NCBI GenBank assembly: GCA_965203805.1
Contig: OZ241917.1
Coordinates: 3,232,001 to 3,296,000, forward strand
Source: Candidatus Latescibacterota bacterium
GTDB lineage: Bacteria; Latescibacterota; UBA2968; GCA-2709665
Direction of reading: 5' to 3'
DNA: 64,000 bases
Under the pieces are notes generated by a model, which worked only from the letters and a program-made list of their open reading frames with translations, did no database searches and was not told where the DNA came from. Position 1 is the first letter of the stretch, and each line of letters begins with the position of its first letter. Below, in pieces: positions 18,676 through 29,226 of this stretch. The position numbers and the translations under genes are program-made.

Positions 18676-20001
18676 TTATTCCAGGCCTTCCTCGCCCGCG
18701 TGGATGGACGCGAGGACCCACGGATCCCGGGTTTCAACCCGGAACGCCTTTACCTTCCGCCGCATCGCCTCCGCGATTTCCGCGACCTCGGGATCGTGAA
18801 TCAGATTGGTCGACTCCGCCGGATCGGCGTCGACGTCGAACAATGCTTCCGCATCCTGATGCAGGAATCGTTCCGTGGGGCGCCGCCCCATCATCCCGAT
18901 CCCCTCCGACAGGACCGCCTGCCACGTGGGGGACGCCCACAGATCGCCCGGTATCGGCGTGGTCAACTCGGGGTACAGATTGCGCACGTATTTGTACTTT
19001 CTCCCCCTCAACACGCGGTACGGATAATAGTTCGTCACCTCGTGGAACGAATGCGAAAAGAAAGTCTCGTCCCATCCTTCCGGATGCGTCTCGTCCAGAA
19101 TCGGAATCAGCGAGCGCTCGGGAAGCCCGTCCGGCGGATTCACGCCACACCACTCCAGAACCGTGGGCGCGATATTGCACCAGTTCACCAGCGCGTCGCA
19201 CCTGACGGACGGCGCGTCCGGCCGGACCAGGATCAACGGGCATCGATGCCCGGAGTCGAACGACGACCCCTTGGCGCCCGGAAACGGCATCCCGTGGTCG
19301 CTCATGACCACAATCAATGTATCCTTCGCCCGTCCGGCGGCCTCGAGCGCATCCACCGCCATCCCGATCCCCCGATCCAGCCTGGATACGGACTGATAAT
19401 ACTCCGCGAGTTCCCGCCGCACGGCGGGGTGGTCGGGCAGGAAATCGGGCACCACGACCTCGTCCGGCGAATAGTACACCTCTTCCACCCCCGGATACGT
19501 CTCCTGATTTCCGAAATTGCGATGCGGGTCTCCGAATCCCATATGCAGATAGAAGGGTCTGTCGCCGGTCTGCGCGAGAAACTCCCGGGCCTGTCCGGCC
19601 ATCTCAGCCACGTTCCGCGTACCGCCGCGCACCCGTTCCGCGTTGTACGTCCATGGATAGACCGCTTCGGGCTGAACGTGCAGCTTGCCCACAATCCCGG
19701 TGGCGAATCCCGCCGATCCGAGGGCGCCGGTGATGGAGGGCATGGACAGGTGGGTATGAAAATTATGGATCCCGTGCGTATGCCCGTACTGCCCGTGCGT
19801 ATGGCTGTAATGCCCCGTCAACACACACGCCCGGCTGGCCGCGCACGACGGCGTCGTGCAGAAGGCCCCGGCAAACACCGTTCCACGAGACGCCAGCGCA
19901 TCCACATTCGGGGTCCTGATCACCGGATTCCCGTAACATCCGGCAACCGGGCTCCAGTCGTCGGCAATCAACAGGAGCACGCTGCGATGTTCTGTCGCCA
20001 T
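18676..20001 (-). CDS. Sulfatase (sulfamidase/SGSH-like)
   Basis: IADD, formylglycine motif variant CAASR..LTG, GKLH, DPH, SDHG. Confidence 0.9.
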   Translation of the reverse strand: MATEHRSVLLLIADDWSPVAGCYGNPVIRTPNVDALASRGTVFAGAFCTTPSCAASRACVLTGHYSHTHGQYGHTHGIHNFHTHLSMPSITGALGSAGFATGIVGKLHVQPEAVYPWTYNAERVRGGTRNVAEMAGQAREFLAQTGDRPFYLHMGFGDPHRNFGNQETYPGVEEVYYSPDEVVVPDFLPDHPAVRRELAEYYQSVSRLDRGIGMAVDALEAAGRAKDTLIVVMSDHGMPFPGAKGSSFDSGHRCPLILVRPDAPSVRCDALVNWCNIAPTVLEWCGVNPPDGLPERSLIPILDETHPEGWDETFFSHSFHEVTNYYPYRVLRGRKYKYVRNLYPELTTPIPGDLWASPTWQAVLSEGIGMMGRRPTERFLHQDAEALFDVDADPAESTNLIHDPEVAEIAEAMRRKVKAFRVETRDPWVLASIHAGEEGLE

Positions 20002-20065
20002 AACGCTCCTTCTTCGAGCTCAATAAGGGTGAATCGGCTTGTCAGGCCGGGCAGGATCTCTTATC

Positions 20066-20506
20066 TTAGGATCCCGCCGCGCGAACGGGGATCCCCAGCA
20101 TCCTGTGTTTCAGCGATGCGTTTTCCCCGTTCCTGATTTTCCACAGCAGATAAACCATCAGCAAAATACCGGCGCCGTCATACAGCACGTCGGTCCAGGT
20201 TCCCATGCGCTCCGGAACGGAATTCTGATGGATCTCGTCGGTCACGGCGTAACAGACGGAAAGCGCCGCGCTCCATGCCAGGCATGGACCGAACCGCCGC
20301 CCTGCCGTCCAGACCGACCGCAGCCAGAGATAGGTCAGTATCGCATATTCGGTCAGATGGGCGAGCTTGCGAACCGCGTAGTTCAAGACGCCGAACCAGG
20401 CCTCCGTCGCATCCGCGGACATCCCGAAAGCCATCCATCTGCTCGACATCAGAAAGATCAGTCCCATCCAGCCCGCCAGCGCGATTCGCCATCGTATGAC
20501 CGTCAA
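20066..20506 (-). CDS. VanZ family membrane protein
   Basis: VRKLAHLTEYAIL, YAVTDEIHQ..VPER. Start inferred. Confidence 0.85.
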   Translation of the reverse strand: MTVIRWRIALAGWMGLIFLMSSRWMAFGMSADATEAWFGVLNYAVRKLAHLTEYAILTYLWLRSVWTAGRRFGPCLAWSAALSVCYAVTDEIHQNSVPERMGTWTDVLYDGAGILLMVYLLWKIRNGENASLKHRMLGIPVRAAGS

Positions 20507-20687
20507 TCCGACCTCGATTCGTTTCGCACCGATATCCTTTGTGCCTTTTGTGCTTTTTGTGGCCGATTTAACGGTTATCTCTTTTCGAATTAAGGCTAAG
20601 ATCGCCTTTTGAGAGAATCGCGTCAAGCACAAACCCGGCCGTGACGGGATTTCGCGGGCCGGGCGCCATCTGTCAGGAGATTCCTCG

Positions 20688-21362
20688 ATGCAAGCCTATC
20701 AGCGGGAGTTCATCGACTTCCTCGTTGAGACCGGCGCCCTTCGCTTCGGCGAATTCACGCTGAAGAGCGGGAGAGCGTCACCCTATTTCTTCAACGCCGG
20801 GCAATTCAACACCGGTACCGAAATCGAGCGCCTCGGGTATTACTATGCCTGCGCCATCCGCGAGTTCGACGCGGCGCCCACACTCGTCTTCGGGCCGGCC
20901 TACAAGGGCATTCCCCTCTGCATCGCCGCGGCAATCGCGCTCCGCCAGCGGTTCGACATCGATACCTGCTATGGCTTTGACCGCAAGGAGATCAAGGAAC
21001 ACGGCGAGGGGGGCTGGCTCGTAGGCAAGGAACCCGACGAACGGGACCGCGTCGTGCTGGTAGACGACGTTGTGACCGACGGCGCCACAAAAATCAGCAT
21101 GATCGACAGGCTGAAGGCAGCCTGCAGCGCCCGGTTATTGGGCCTGGTCATCGCTCTGGACCGCAAGGAGAAAAATACCCGCGGGGAGGACGCCGTGGCG
21201 GCCCTCCAATCCGTCACCGGCGTGCCCGTGCGATCCATTGTCACCATCCATGACATCCTGGAATACCTGCCCGGCCGCAGCATTCACGGCCGGGTCGCGC
21301 TCACTGCCCCCCTGAAGCGGCAGATCGAGACTTATCTCGACGAATACGGGATTCCCGTATAA
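20688..21362 (+). CDS. pyrE: Orotate phosphoribosyltransferase
   Basis: FTLKSGRASPYFFN, GPAYKGIP, KEHGEGG, VDDVVT. Confidence 0.95.
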   Translation: MQAYQREFIDFLVETGALRFGEFTLKSGRASPYFFNAGQFNTGTEIERLGYYYACAIREFDAAPTLVFGPAYKGIPLCIAAAIALRQRFDIDTCYGFDRKEIKEHGEGGWLVGKEPDERDRVVLVDDVVTDGATKISMIDRLKAACSARLLGLVIALDRKEKNTRGEDAVAALQSVTGVPVRSIVTIHDILEYLPGRSIHGRVALTAPLKRQIETYLDEYGIPV

Positions 21363-21385
21363 CGGGACCCTTCGATTCCGGACGG

Positions 21386-22576
21386 CTATCCCGTCGCCCC
21401 GCAGTACCCCGCCGCTGTCATCGCGTACACCCGCGCCACCCGAACCAACTCGTCCACGGACACAGATTCGGACAGCGTATGCGCCCCTTTCGCGTCCGGA
21501 CCGTGCGTCAGCGCCGGGATACCCGCGAGGGCCGCGTAAGCATTGCCGTCGTCCACGAACGGTTTCCCGCCAACCTGCAGTTCTCCTCCCGATTCCGCCG
21601 CGTGCGCCGACTGAAACGCGTTGACGATCGCGTCTTCGCGTGAGATCCTGAACGCGTCTCCCTGAACCTGGAAATCCACCGTCGCCGGCGTCCCGAACTC
21701 CTGAGCAAGTGTGTCAACCAGCGCACGAAACTCCCTTTCGATCGCTCCCGTACGGCCGGGGGCGACCCACCGCCTGGTGCCCCGAACAGTGCACGCAACC
21801 GGCGCCTGATTGTAAATCTCACCCGACGCCATGAGCCCGACAAATACCGTATCGCGTCCGGACCAGGGGTCGGTATTCTTCTCCAGGGTCCGGTTGAGGT
21901 CCCGGAGGCGGCACACCAGTTCCGCGCCCGCCCCCAGGACGTCGGGTGTATCCGGCGCCCTGAGAACCTCGTGCACCGGGTCCCCGTCCCTGTGCAACGA
22001 GACCTCGAAAATGGCCATACCCCGACCCGCAAGAGGCAATCGATCGGCCAGATACTCAGGCAGCATCACAGCGTCGCCCACGTAACCCTCCGCAACCAGC
22101 GCCCGCACCTGTCGCCGGTCTCCCCAGGGTCCTTCGTGGTGGTCGTGCGCGGTGAGCAGCACACCCCCGCCGGAAAGCGCGTCCGTCTCGCGCAACGCCC
22201 GGAGCGCCTCCACCGACGCCGCGATACCGCCCTTCATGTCCGAGGCGCCGGAACCGTAAAGGACACCGTCGTCCAATCTGGGCGGGACAAAAGGCAGATG
22301 CACCGTATCCAGATGGCCGTCGAACTGCAGGGTGCGTCCCGGCCGACCGGTATCCAATCGAACCACAACCGCCGGCGCTTCCGGCCAGTCCGCCACCGGT
22401 CGTTCGACTTCGAATCCGTCGCCGGTCAATATCGCTTCAAGGCAATCGGCCGCGGCGCCGGCGCTCCGCGTGGGGCTGGGCGCCGCCACCAGCGCCATCG
22501 CCGTTTCCACAAGACGTTCCCGATTAACCGCGGACCGAATCCCGTCCAGCCGGTCCGCATCTGATGAATGGTCCAT
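21386..22576 (-). CDS. M20 family metallopeptidase/deacylase (ArgE/DapE-like)
   Basis: GHLDTV, GASDMKGG, AHT C-terminal motif. Confidence 0.88.
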   Translation of the reverse strand: MDHSSDADRLDGIRSAVNRERLVETAMALVAAPSPTRSAGAAADCLEAILTGDGFEVERPVADWPEAPAVVVRLDTGRPGRTLQFDGHLDTVHLPFVPPRLDDGVLYGSGASDMKGGIAASVEALRALRETDALSGGGVLLTAHDHHEGPWGDRRQVRALVAEGYVGDAVMLPEYLADRLPLAGRGMAIFEVSLHRDGDPVHEVLRAPDTPDVLGAGAELVCRLRDLNRTLEKNTDPWSGRDTVFVGLMASGEIYNQAPVACTVRGTRRWVAPGRTGAIEREFRALVDTLAQEFGTPATVDFQVQGDAFRISREDAIVNAFQSAHAAESGGELQVGGKPFVDDGNAYAALAGIPALTHGPDAKGAHTLSESVSVDELVRVARVYAMTAAGYCGATG

Positions 22577-22827
22577 GAAACCCTCCCCGGCCAACGCCGT
22601 TGCGACCTGTACCGCGCGCGAAATACAGATGCCGGGCGATGGAGAAAAACGGAAAAGTGGTTGCGTTGTGTGCAGCAAATGTGGTATACATATACCCGGC
22701 CGGGGGCGCGTCGCCGGGGGATCGATGAACAATATAGAGCAACTCCGGCGTACTTCAAGCACACAACCGGGCGCCGCCCGGCGGGCCGACCGGCGGCGAC
22801 CCGTTCTTTCGGATTGGAGGAGACGAC

Positions 22828-23994
22828 GTGACGCGGGGCAGAGCCGACGACCCCCTTGCGATAACGCTGGGTGTGGAGGAGGAGTTCTTCCTGATCGATC
22901 CGGACACGCGGGACCTTCTCCCTGACCCGGACCGCCGGATTTTCGAGGACTGCGAGAACAACCGGGGGCCCCACAAGGTGGTGGCGGAGTTTCTCCGGTC
23001 ACAGATAGAAACCACGACAAGAGTCTGCCGGTCCGTCGACGAGGTCCGCGAGGCCCTGACGGAGACCCGACGCCTCGTCATCAATGCGGCGGCAAGCCAC
23101 GGAGCCGCGGTCATGGCCGCCTCCACGCATCCGTTTGCGGCCTGGCACAACCAGGTCGTGACGGCAGGCCGCCGCTACGAACAATTCGCAATGACCTATC
23201 AGCAGGCGGTTCGCGAACTCCTCGTCGGGGGGATGCACATCCACGCCGGATTCGGTAACGCGGACAACCGCGTGAGGGTCATGACGGCGCTGCGCCGGCA
23301 CCTTCCGCTGCTCCATGCGCTTTCGGCATCATCCCCGTTCAGCAGCGGCCGTGAAACGGGTTTCAAGTCCTACAGGATCACCCTGTTCAGCAGTCTGCCG
23401 CGCACGGGCCTTCCCGGCCCGCTGCGCACCTGGGAGGAATTCGACCGCCTGGTATCGGAATACCAGCGCATGGATTTCATTCAGGACAGCACGGAATTGT
23501 GGTGGCACATCCGGCCGTCCCTGGCCTTTCCCACGGTGGAGTTGCGCATCTGCGACATCTGCCACACCATCGACGAGGCGGTTTGCGTCGTTGCCCTGTA
23601 TGCTTCGCTGGTGCGTCACCTGCTTCGGCTGGACGCGGAGAACCGCCTTCCTCCGGAACCGCCCACCGAATTGATCGCCGAGAACTGCTGGCTCGCGCAG
23701 CGATACGGCGTCCTCGCGTTCCTCGGCAATACCGGGGGTAAGGGACGCACGGATATTGACGAACTCGCCCACGCGCTCGTGGACGAGCTTGCAGACGACG
23801 CACGAGCCCTGGGTTGCGAGTCCGAACTGCGCCGCGCTACGGACGTGATACGGAACGGTACGGGCGCCGACCGGCAGATCGATCATTTCCGCCTGCGCCG
23901 CCTGGAAGGCGACCCGGAACCGGAAGCCCTGCGGGAAGTCGTCGACCTCGTGGTGGAGGATACCCGGCGCGGGATCCCCGGCCTGACGGGGTGA
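22828..23994 (+). CDS. Carboxylate-amine ligase (YbdK/GCS2 family)
   Basis: TLGVEEEF, GMHIH, WWHIRP..FPTVELRICD. Confidence 0.9.
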   Translation: MTRGRADDPLAITLGVEEEFFLIDPDTRDLLPDPDRRIFEDCENNRGPHKVVAEFLRSQIETTTRVCRSVDEVREALTETRRLVINAAASHGAAVMAASTHPFAAWHNQVVTAGRRYEQFAMTYQQAVRELLVGGMHIHAGFGNADNRVRVMTALRRHLPLLHALSASSPFSSGRETGFKSYRITLFSSLPRTGLPGPLRTWEEFDRLVSEYQRMDFIQDSTELWWHIRPSLAFPTVELRICDICHTIDEAVCVVALYASLVRHLLRLDAENRLPPEPPTELIAENCWLAQRYGVLAFLGNTGGKGRTDIDELAHALVDELADDARALGCESELRRATDVIRNGTGADRQIDHFRLRRLEGDPEPEALREVVDLVVEDTRRGIPGLTG

Positions 23995-24082
23995 ATGACG
24001 ACGGACTGACCCGATCGTCCGTTCGCTTCCGAATTGTGCGAGGGGTCCCTATCACACACAAACCTGGACAATCGCGGCAACC

Positions 24083-25165
24083 GTGACGAACTGCGCTACC
24101 GTAAAACTGAAATCGGGCGAGCCGCTCGTTATCAAGGAGGTTGAGCCGCCTCTCGGGCGCTATGCCGGCAGCGTGGGATGCTGGTGGGATGCGGTTGACG
24201 AAGACCTTCTGGCAGGCGTCCTTGCGCCATGGCTTCGTTGTCCCTACTACATCGGCGAGATCAACGGGCAGGTTGCCGGGTACATGACCTGCCTTACATC
24301 CGTGCGGAATCCCGAGGTGGGCCTCGTGGAGTTCGTCAGCACGGCGAACGAACACCGGCGCAAGGGCGTCGGGACGGCGCTGCTGCGGCATCTGATCGCC
24401 CGCTTCGAAGCGCAAGGCGGCCTGGCCCTGTACCTTTGCACCACAAATCCCGTTGCCGGGCAGCTGTACGAAAACTGCGGGTTCCACTACTCCGTGGGTG
24501 ACGGTATGCGGTATCTGTCGGCCACTGCAGTCAACTTTGACGCCACGTACCTGGCGCGCGAGGGTGAGGCGATTGCTCGTGAGGCCGACTGGGGAGACCT
24601 GCCAGGCGCCACGGTCCTGTTCTGTCATCCGCGGCCTGCCTGGGAGATCAAGGAATATCTGAGCCATTGTTTCCGCGATACCCGTTTCGAGGGCCATTAC
24701 GTGAAGCTGATGAGACGCGTGGAGGAGGACCGCGGCGTTATCGTGGTGCTGGAGAACGGGCGGCAGCGGGTGGTGGGCTGCGCTGTCGTGGAACGACTGC
24801 CCACGTTTCAACAGCAGCACGTGGGTCAGATGAGCGTCCGCGTCGCCCCGGAATACGACGACCGGACCGATGCGCTGCTCGACGCCGCTGCCGCCCACGC
24901 TCACGCGATGGGCATTTCGGTCCTGCAGACTTATGTATCGGACGCGGACACCGACGCGGGAAGAACGCTGGAGGAAGCGGGGTTCGAATGCGAGGGTATC
25001 CTGCCCCGGCGCCTGCGAACCGCCGGCGGGCTGACCGGCGTTGCCGTTTACGGCAGACATCTTGGCGAAACCGGCGCGTGGCGTCCCCTGGATGCATATT
25101 ACGGCGAGAGGAAACCCTGGCAGGCGGAGAGGGTCCGCGCCATGGAACGAGACGGAACCGCGTAG
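24083..25165 (+). CDS. Tandem GNAT acetyltransferase
   Basis: HRRKGVGTALL...LYENCGF plus a second GNAT-like half. Confidence 0.75.
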   Translation: MTNCATVKLKSGEPLVIKEVEPPLGRYAGSVGCWWDAVDEDLLAGVLAPWLRCPYYIGEINGQVAGYMTCLTSVRNPEVGLVEFVSTANEHRRKGVGTALLRHLIARFEAQGGLALYLCTTNPVAGQLYENCGFHYSVGDGMRYLSATAVNFDATYLAREGEAIAREADWGDLPGATVLFCHPRPAWEIKEYLSHCFRDTRFEGHYVKLMRRVEEDRGVIVVLENGRQRVVGCAVVERLPTFQQQHVGQMSVRVAPEYDDRTDALLDAAAAHAHAMGISVLQTYVSDADTDAGRTLEEAGFECEGILPRRLRTAGGLTGVAVYGRHLGETGAWRPLDAYYGERKPWQAERVRAMERDGTA

Positions 25166-25207
25166 ATCACCCTCAAGAGACGTCTCGAGTGAGAAAGGAT
25201 CACGCAA

Positions 25208-26020
25208 TTGTCTTACCAGGAAGTAATCACCCAACTCAAGGCGCAGGTCCAGCAGATCGCCCATCAGTTGATCAATGCCTCGCCCCGGATCGCCGGCGCG
25301 CTTGCACTGGCGTTGCTGGGGCTGGCGCTGGCTTACCTGGCCCGCGCGCTCAGCCACAGGTTGATCGCGGGGCTGGACCGGCTGTTTCCGCGCCTCAGTC
25401 TGACCAAAGGACGGGGGGCGGAGTTCAGGACGGCGGCAGGCTGGGCCGTCGGGCGCGTGCTCTTCTGGCTGGTCCTGCTCTTTTTTCTCACCGTGGCCAC
25501 CGAAATACTGGGCCTCCCGGTGGTGTCCTATTGGCTCAACGGCATTGTCGTCTATCTGCCGCGGTTCCTCGCGGCCGTCCTGATCCTGTTCGCGGGCCTG
25601 GTCGGAGGACAGTTTCTCAGGGACGTCATCGTGGCGACGGGCCTGTCCCACGCGACGGCGCTTGCCCGCCTCGGCCAGGTGGCGGTGGTGGTCGCAAGCG
25701 CCCTGATCGCCGTGAACCAGGCGGGGCTGAACGTCGACCTGCTGACCGGCGGGCTGCTGCTCGTTTTCGGAATCGCCCTCCTCGGCAGCGCACTGACGTT
25801 TGCTCTGGGCGCCCGTACCACCGTAGCCAACATACTGGCCTCGTACTATCTGCAGAAAACCTACCGGGTCGGCCACCGGGTCAGCATTGAGAACTACCAG
25901 GGAGAGATCGTTCAGATCACCGCCACCGCCGTGGTTCTGGATGCCGGGGAGGGGCGAATCTCGGTTCCGGCGTCGGTCTTTGCCGAACAGGCGTCAATTC
26001 TGCTCGTAGAGAGGAAATGA
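25208..26020 (+). CDS. Small mechanosensitive channel-like membrane protein (CmpX/MscS-like)
   Basis: TM helices, YLPRFLAA, ALG..TTVANILA, C-terminal beta domain. Confidence 0.75.
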   Translation: MSYQEVITQLKAQVQQIAHQLINASPRIAGALALALLGLALAYLARALSHRLIAGLDRLFPRLSLTKGRGAEFRTAAGWAVGRVLFWLVLLFFLTVATEILGLPVVSYWLNGIVVYLPRFLAAVLILFAGLVGGQFLRDVIVATGLSHATALARLGQVAVVVASALIAVNQAGLNVDLLTGGLLLVFGIALLGSALTFALGARTTVANILASYYLQKTYRVGHRVSIENYQGEIVQITATAVVLDAGEGRISVPASVFAEQASILLVERK

Positions 26021-26024
26021 GACG

Positions 26025-26882
26025 ATGGACAGGGCATCGAACGTGATCGATCACTTCATCCGCGCCCACGCCGCGGAAGCCGCCCGCGTACTGGAAAACT
26101 GCTCGCTGGACGATCTGGCGGCCTTTTTTGAGGGGATCCCGCCCGATCTGGCGATCTCCCTCTTCAACACGATGGAATCGAGCATTGCGGTGGCCTGTCT
26201 GGAGCGCATGCCGGCGGCGGAAGCCGGCAGCGCCGTGGGCGGGTTGCCGGCGGACCGTGCGGCCCACCTCGTTCGGCGGATGAAGCCGGAGACGACGGCG
26301 GCGATTCTGGAAGCGTTGCCCGACGATTTTACCACGCATCTGAATCGCCTGCTGCGTTACCGTGAGGAGACCGCGGGCGCATTGATGGAGTCGCTGGTTT
26401 TCACCGTCCCGCCGGAGGTCTCCGCCGGCGAGACGCTGGACAGGTTGCGTACAAGCCGGTCCCGCGTTCTGTATTACCTGTATGCGGTGGATCGAGACCG
26501 GATACTGGCGGGCGTTATCAGTCTCAGCGAACTCCTGGGCGCCGATGAAGGAAGCTCCGTCGCCTCGATCATGCGCAGGAAGGTGATGTTCCTGCGGACG
26601 GAAGACTCGCTGGCTTCGGTACTCGTCCATCCTTCCTGGATGGATTATCACGCCCTGCCCGTACTCGACGAGCAGGGCCTGTTCGCCGGGGTGTTGCGTC
26701 ACAAGACCGTCCGTCAACTGGCCGGGAACACGGATCGGCTTCTGCGCCCCGGCCAGGCAGGGACAGCGCTGGGAGAATTGTACCGCATCGGGCTGTCGGC
26801 CATGGCCAAAAGCGCCCTCGGGGCGGAGGACCTCCAGGCGTCCGCTGCCGATCATCCCGGATTCGCAAGGAGTTCCGAATGA
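26025..26882 (+). CDS. MgtE N-terminal + CBS domain protein without membrane domain
   Basis: Helical repeat, ETAGALM, YYLYAVD, LPVLD. Confidence 0.8.
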   Translation: MDRASNVIDHFIRAHAAEAARVLENCSLDDLAAFFEGIPPDLAISLFNTMESSIAVACLERMPAAEAGSAVGGLPADRAAHLVRRMKPETTAAILEALPDDFTTHLNRLLRYREETAGALMESLVFTVPPEVSAGETLDRLRTSRSRVLYYLYAVDRDRILAGVISLSELLGADEGSSVASIMRRKVMFLRTEDSLASVLVHPSWMDYHALPVLDEQGLFAGVLRHKTVRQLAGNTDRLLRPGQAGTALGELYRIGLSAMAKSALGAEDLQASAADHPGFARSSE

Positions 26883-28198
26883 TGGAGAACACGAGGGCTT
26901 CGCAGGCCCTTATCCGCGCCTATTTTCGACGCCACCCCGGTGAGGCCGCCCGGGCGCTGGCCTCGACGCCCGTCCCCGAGGCTCTCGATCTGCTTGAAAT
27001 CCAGGCAGGGGGCCGGGCCGCGCAGGTCTTCGAACGCATGGACCCGGATCGGGCCGTGGCGCTCATGGAACACATGGAGGAGCCCCTGTTCCGGAGGCTC
27101 TGGGGGGCGATGGACGAAGGCGTCGCCGCCTCACTCCTCGCCCGGCTGTCGCCGGAGAACCGTTCCGCGCGTCTTTCCTCGCTGCCTGTGAGGCTGGCCG
27201 GCGAAATGAAAGAACTGATGAGCTACCCGAACGGGTCGGCCGGGCAGATCATGGATTGCTCGGTCACCGTTTTCAGCGCCGAGGAGTCCGCGGAGGAAGC
27301 GCTCACCCGCATCCGCTCGTTTCCGGAGCGCCGCATTCTGGATCTGTGTGTCGTGGATGATGACGGGAAGCTGACGGCGGTGCTTCCGCTGCAGGAAGTC
27401 GCGGTCGCCCAGCCCGAAGACCGCCTTGGACAACTGGCGCATGGCCCGCCTGTCTACGTGCAGGCCATGTCATCGCGGGAGGAAGTGGTTGAACTGCTCG
27501 AGGCCCACAAATTGGCGTCGCTGCCTGTAATCGGCGGCGTCGACGGGCGGCTTTGCGGAATCATCCGGCACGACGCCCTGGTGGTGGCCGCCAGGCACGA
27601 TGCAAGCGAAAACGTGCAGACGATGGTCGGCGCCGGCAGAGAAGAACGCGCCCTTTCCGGGCCGGCGCTTGCCGTGCGCAACCGGATGCCATGGCTGCAG
27701 GTCAATCTGGGCACGGCCTTTCTGGCAGCCGCGGCGGTCGCTCTGTTCGAGGATACCATCGCCAGGTTTACCGCGCTGGCCGTATTTCTTCCGGTGGTTG
27801 CGGGCCAGGCCGGCAATACCGGCGCACAGGCGCTGGCCGTGGCCTCCCGCGGTCTGGCGCTGCGCGAGTTCAGGCCGCGCCGGTGGTTTCCCGTTGCCCG
27901 CAAGGAACTGCTGGCCGGGTTTGTCAACGGACTCTCGGTGGCGCTGGTCGCGTCTCTGGCGGCCTACCTGTGGTCCGGAACGACCGGGCTTCCCCTCGTT
28001 CTGGGCGTGTCCATGGTGTTTTCCATGTCCATGGCCAGTCTCACGGGGGCGCTCATTCCCATTGTGCTTACGGCCCTGGGAAAGGACCCGGCGCAGTCGG
28101 CGTCGATCTTCCTGACCACCGTAACCGACGTCATCGGGTTCGTCAGCTTTCTGGGCCTGGCCACACTGATGGCGACATCGTTCGGGATGACACTGTAG
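26879..28198 (+). CDS. mgtE: Magnesium transporter MgtE
   Basis: CBS pair, RMPWL, GNTGAQ, DPA...TTVTDVIG. Confidence 0.9.
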   Translation: MMENTRASQALIRAYFRRHPGEAARALASTPVPEALDLLEIQAGGRAAQVFERMDPDRAVALMEHMEEPLFRRLWGAMDEGVAASLLARLSPENRSARLSSLPVRLAGEMKELMSYPNGSAGQIMDCSVTVFSAEESAEEALTRIRSFPERRILDLCVVDDDGKLTAVLPLQEVAVAQPEDRLGQLAHGPPVYVQAMSSREEVVELLEAHKLASLPVIGGVDGRLCGIIRHDALVVAARHDASENVQTMVGAGREERALSGPALAVRNRMPWLQVNLGTAFLAAAAVALFEDTIARFTALAVFLPVVAGQAGNTGAQALAVASRGLALREFRPRRWFPVARKELLAGFVNGLSVALVASLAAYLWSGTTGLPLVLGVSMVFSMSMASLTGALIPIVLTALGKDPAQSASIFLTTVTDVIGFVSFLGLATLMATSFGMTL

Positions 28199-28204
28199 CG
28201 TAAC

Positions 28205-29225
28205 GGCGAAGGAAGAAGGAAGATCGAAGAAGGAAGAAGGAAGAAGAAAAACCTGAGAGCGGTGAGACGGGAGAAGGAAAAATTAAGAATGAAGAATTAA
28301 GAATGAAAACCTAAAAGCGGTGAGACGTAAGAGGGTAGACGGTAGATGACATCTTTGCCCGATTGGTTCGTCCCTTATGCCTGCGGCAAAAAGTGTAACC
28401 GGACGCGGCGGACAATCTCTCCCGTCTCCCGTCTTACGCCTACCCTTTTCGAGACCTACCCGCTAACCCCCTTCCTGCGAGGAAGGGGGTTAGCGGGATC
28501 CTATCGCGTGGCGTTCGTTACCCTTTCCTTATAGGAGAGGGTCCCTGCCTGGCGATGGTTTTTCGGCAGGCAGGGGGGAGAGGTCTGCGGGGCTGGGGGT
28601 GAGGACGCTTTCGCTTCAAGCTGACTGCTGGTTTCTGGTTTGGTTTTCTTTGTGTCTTCGTGTCTTTGTGTGAGCCGATTTTCGCTTTTGATCTTGGCTA
28701 TAGGTTGAGAGCCAACCGCTCTCCTCATCAATAAGACGCCTATTGATCTACGAACGGATCTACTGACCGGAGGACGACCAGAGCAGAGCGCGCTGATCCG
28801 TCCGGCGACGCGGTTCGATGTGCCTCCGAGGTTGTCAGGGCAGAGGATCCTGTGCATCCTGTAAGCGTGTTCGCGCTATGCATATGGCAGGCCCCACCTG
28901 CCTGCCGCGCGGGGCTTGGCGCAGGCAGGCGCCCAGTGGAGACTTTTGGTTCCTTTTGGTCGCTTCAAAAGGAACACGCCGTAGGCAGGGAACTGTAAAA
29001 AATTAAGAATGAAGACCTGAAAGCGGTGAGAGGGTAGAGGGTAGATGAAGGCGGTGAGACGGGAGACGGTAGATGATGACGTTACCACAGTGTTTTTCAC
29101 GCTAACCGTGCCTGTTTCTTTACCGATATGGTAACGACAAGAAAGACCATAGGGCACTGATGTCCTCTCCCGTCTTACGTCTCACGTCTCACCAGGGGGG
29201 GAGAGGGGTTGGGTGGAAAGCTCCC
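28205..29225 (+). repeat. Mosaic intergenic repeat locus 4
   Basis: Cores C1 and C2, module B with a 33-nt insert, REP arms. Confidence 0.9.
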
Positions 29226-29226
29226 G

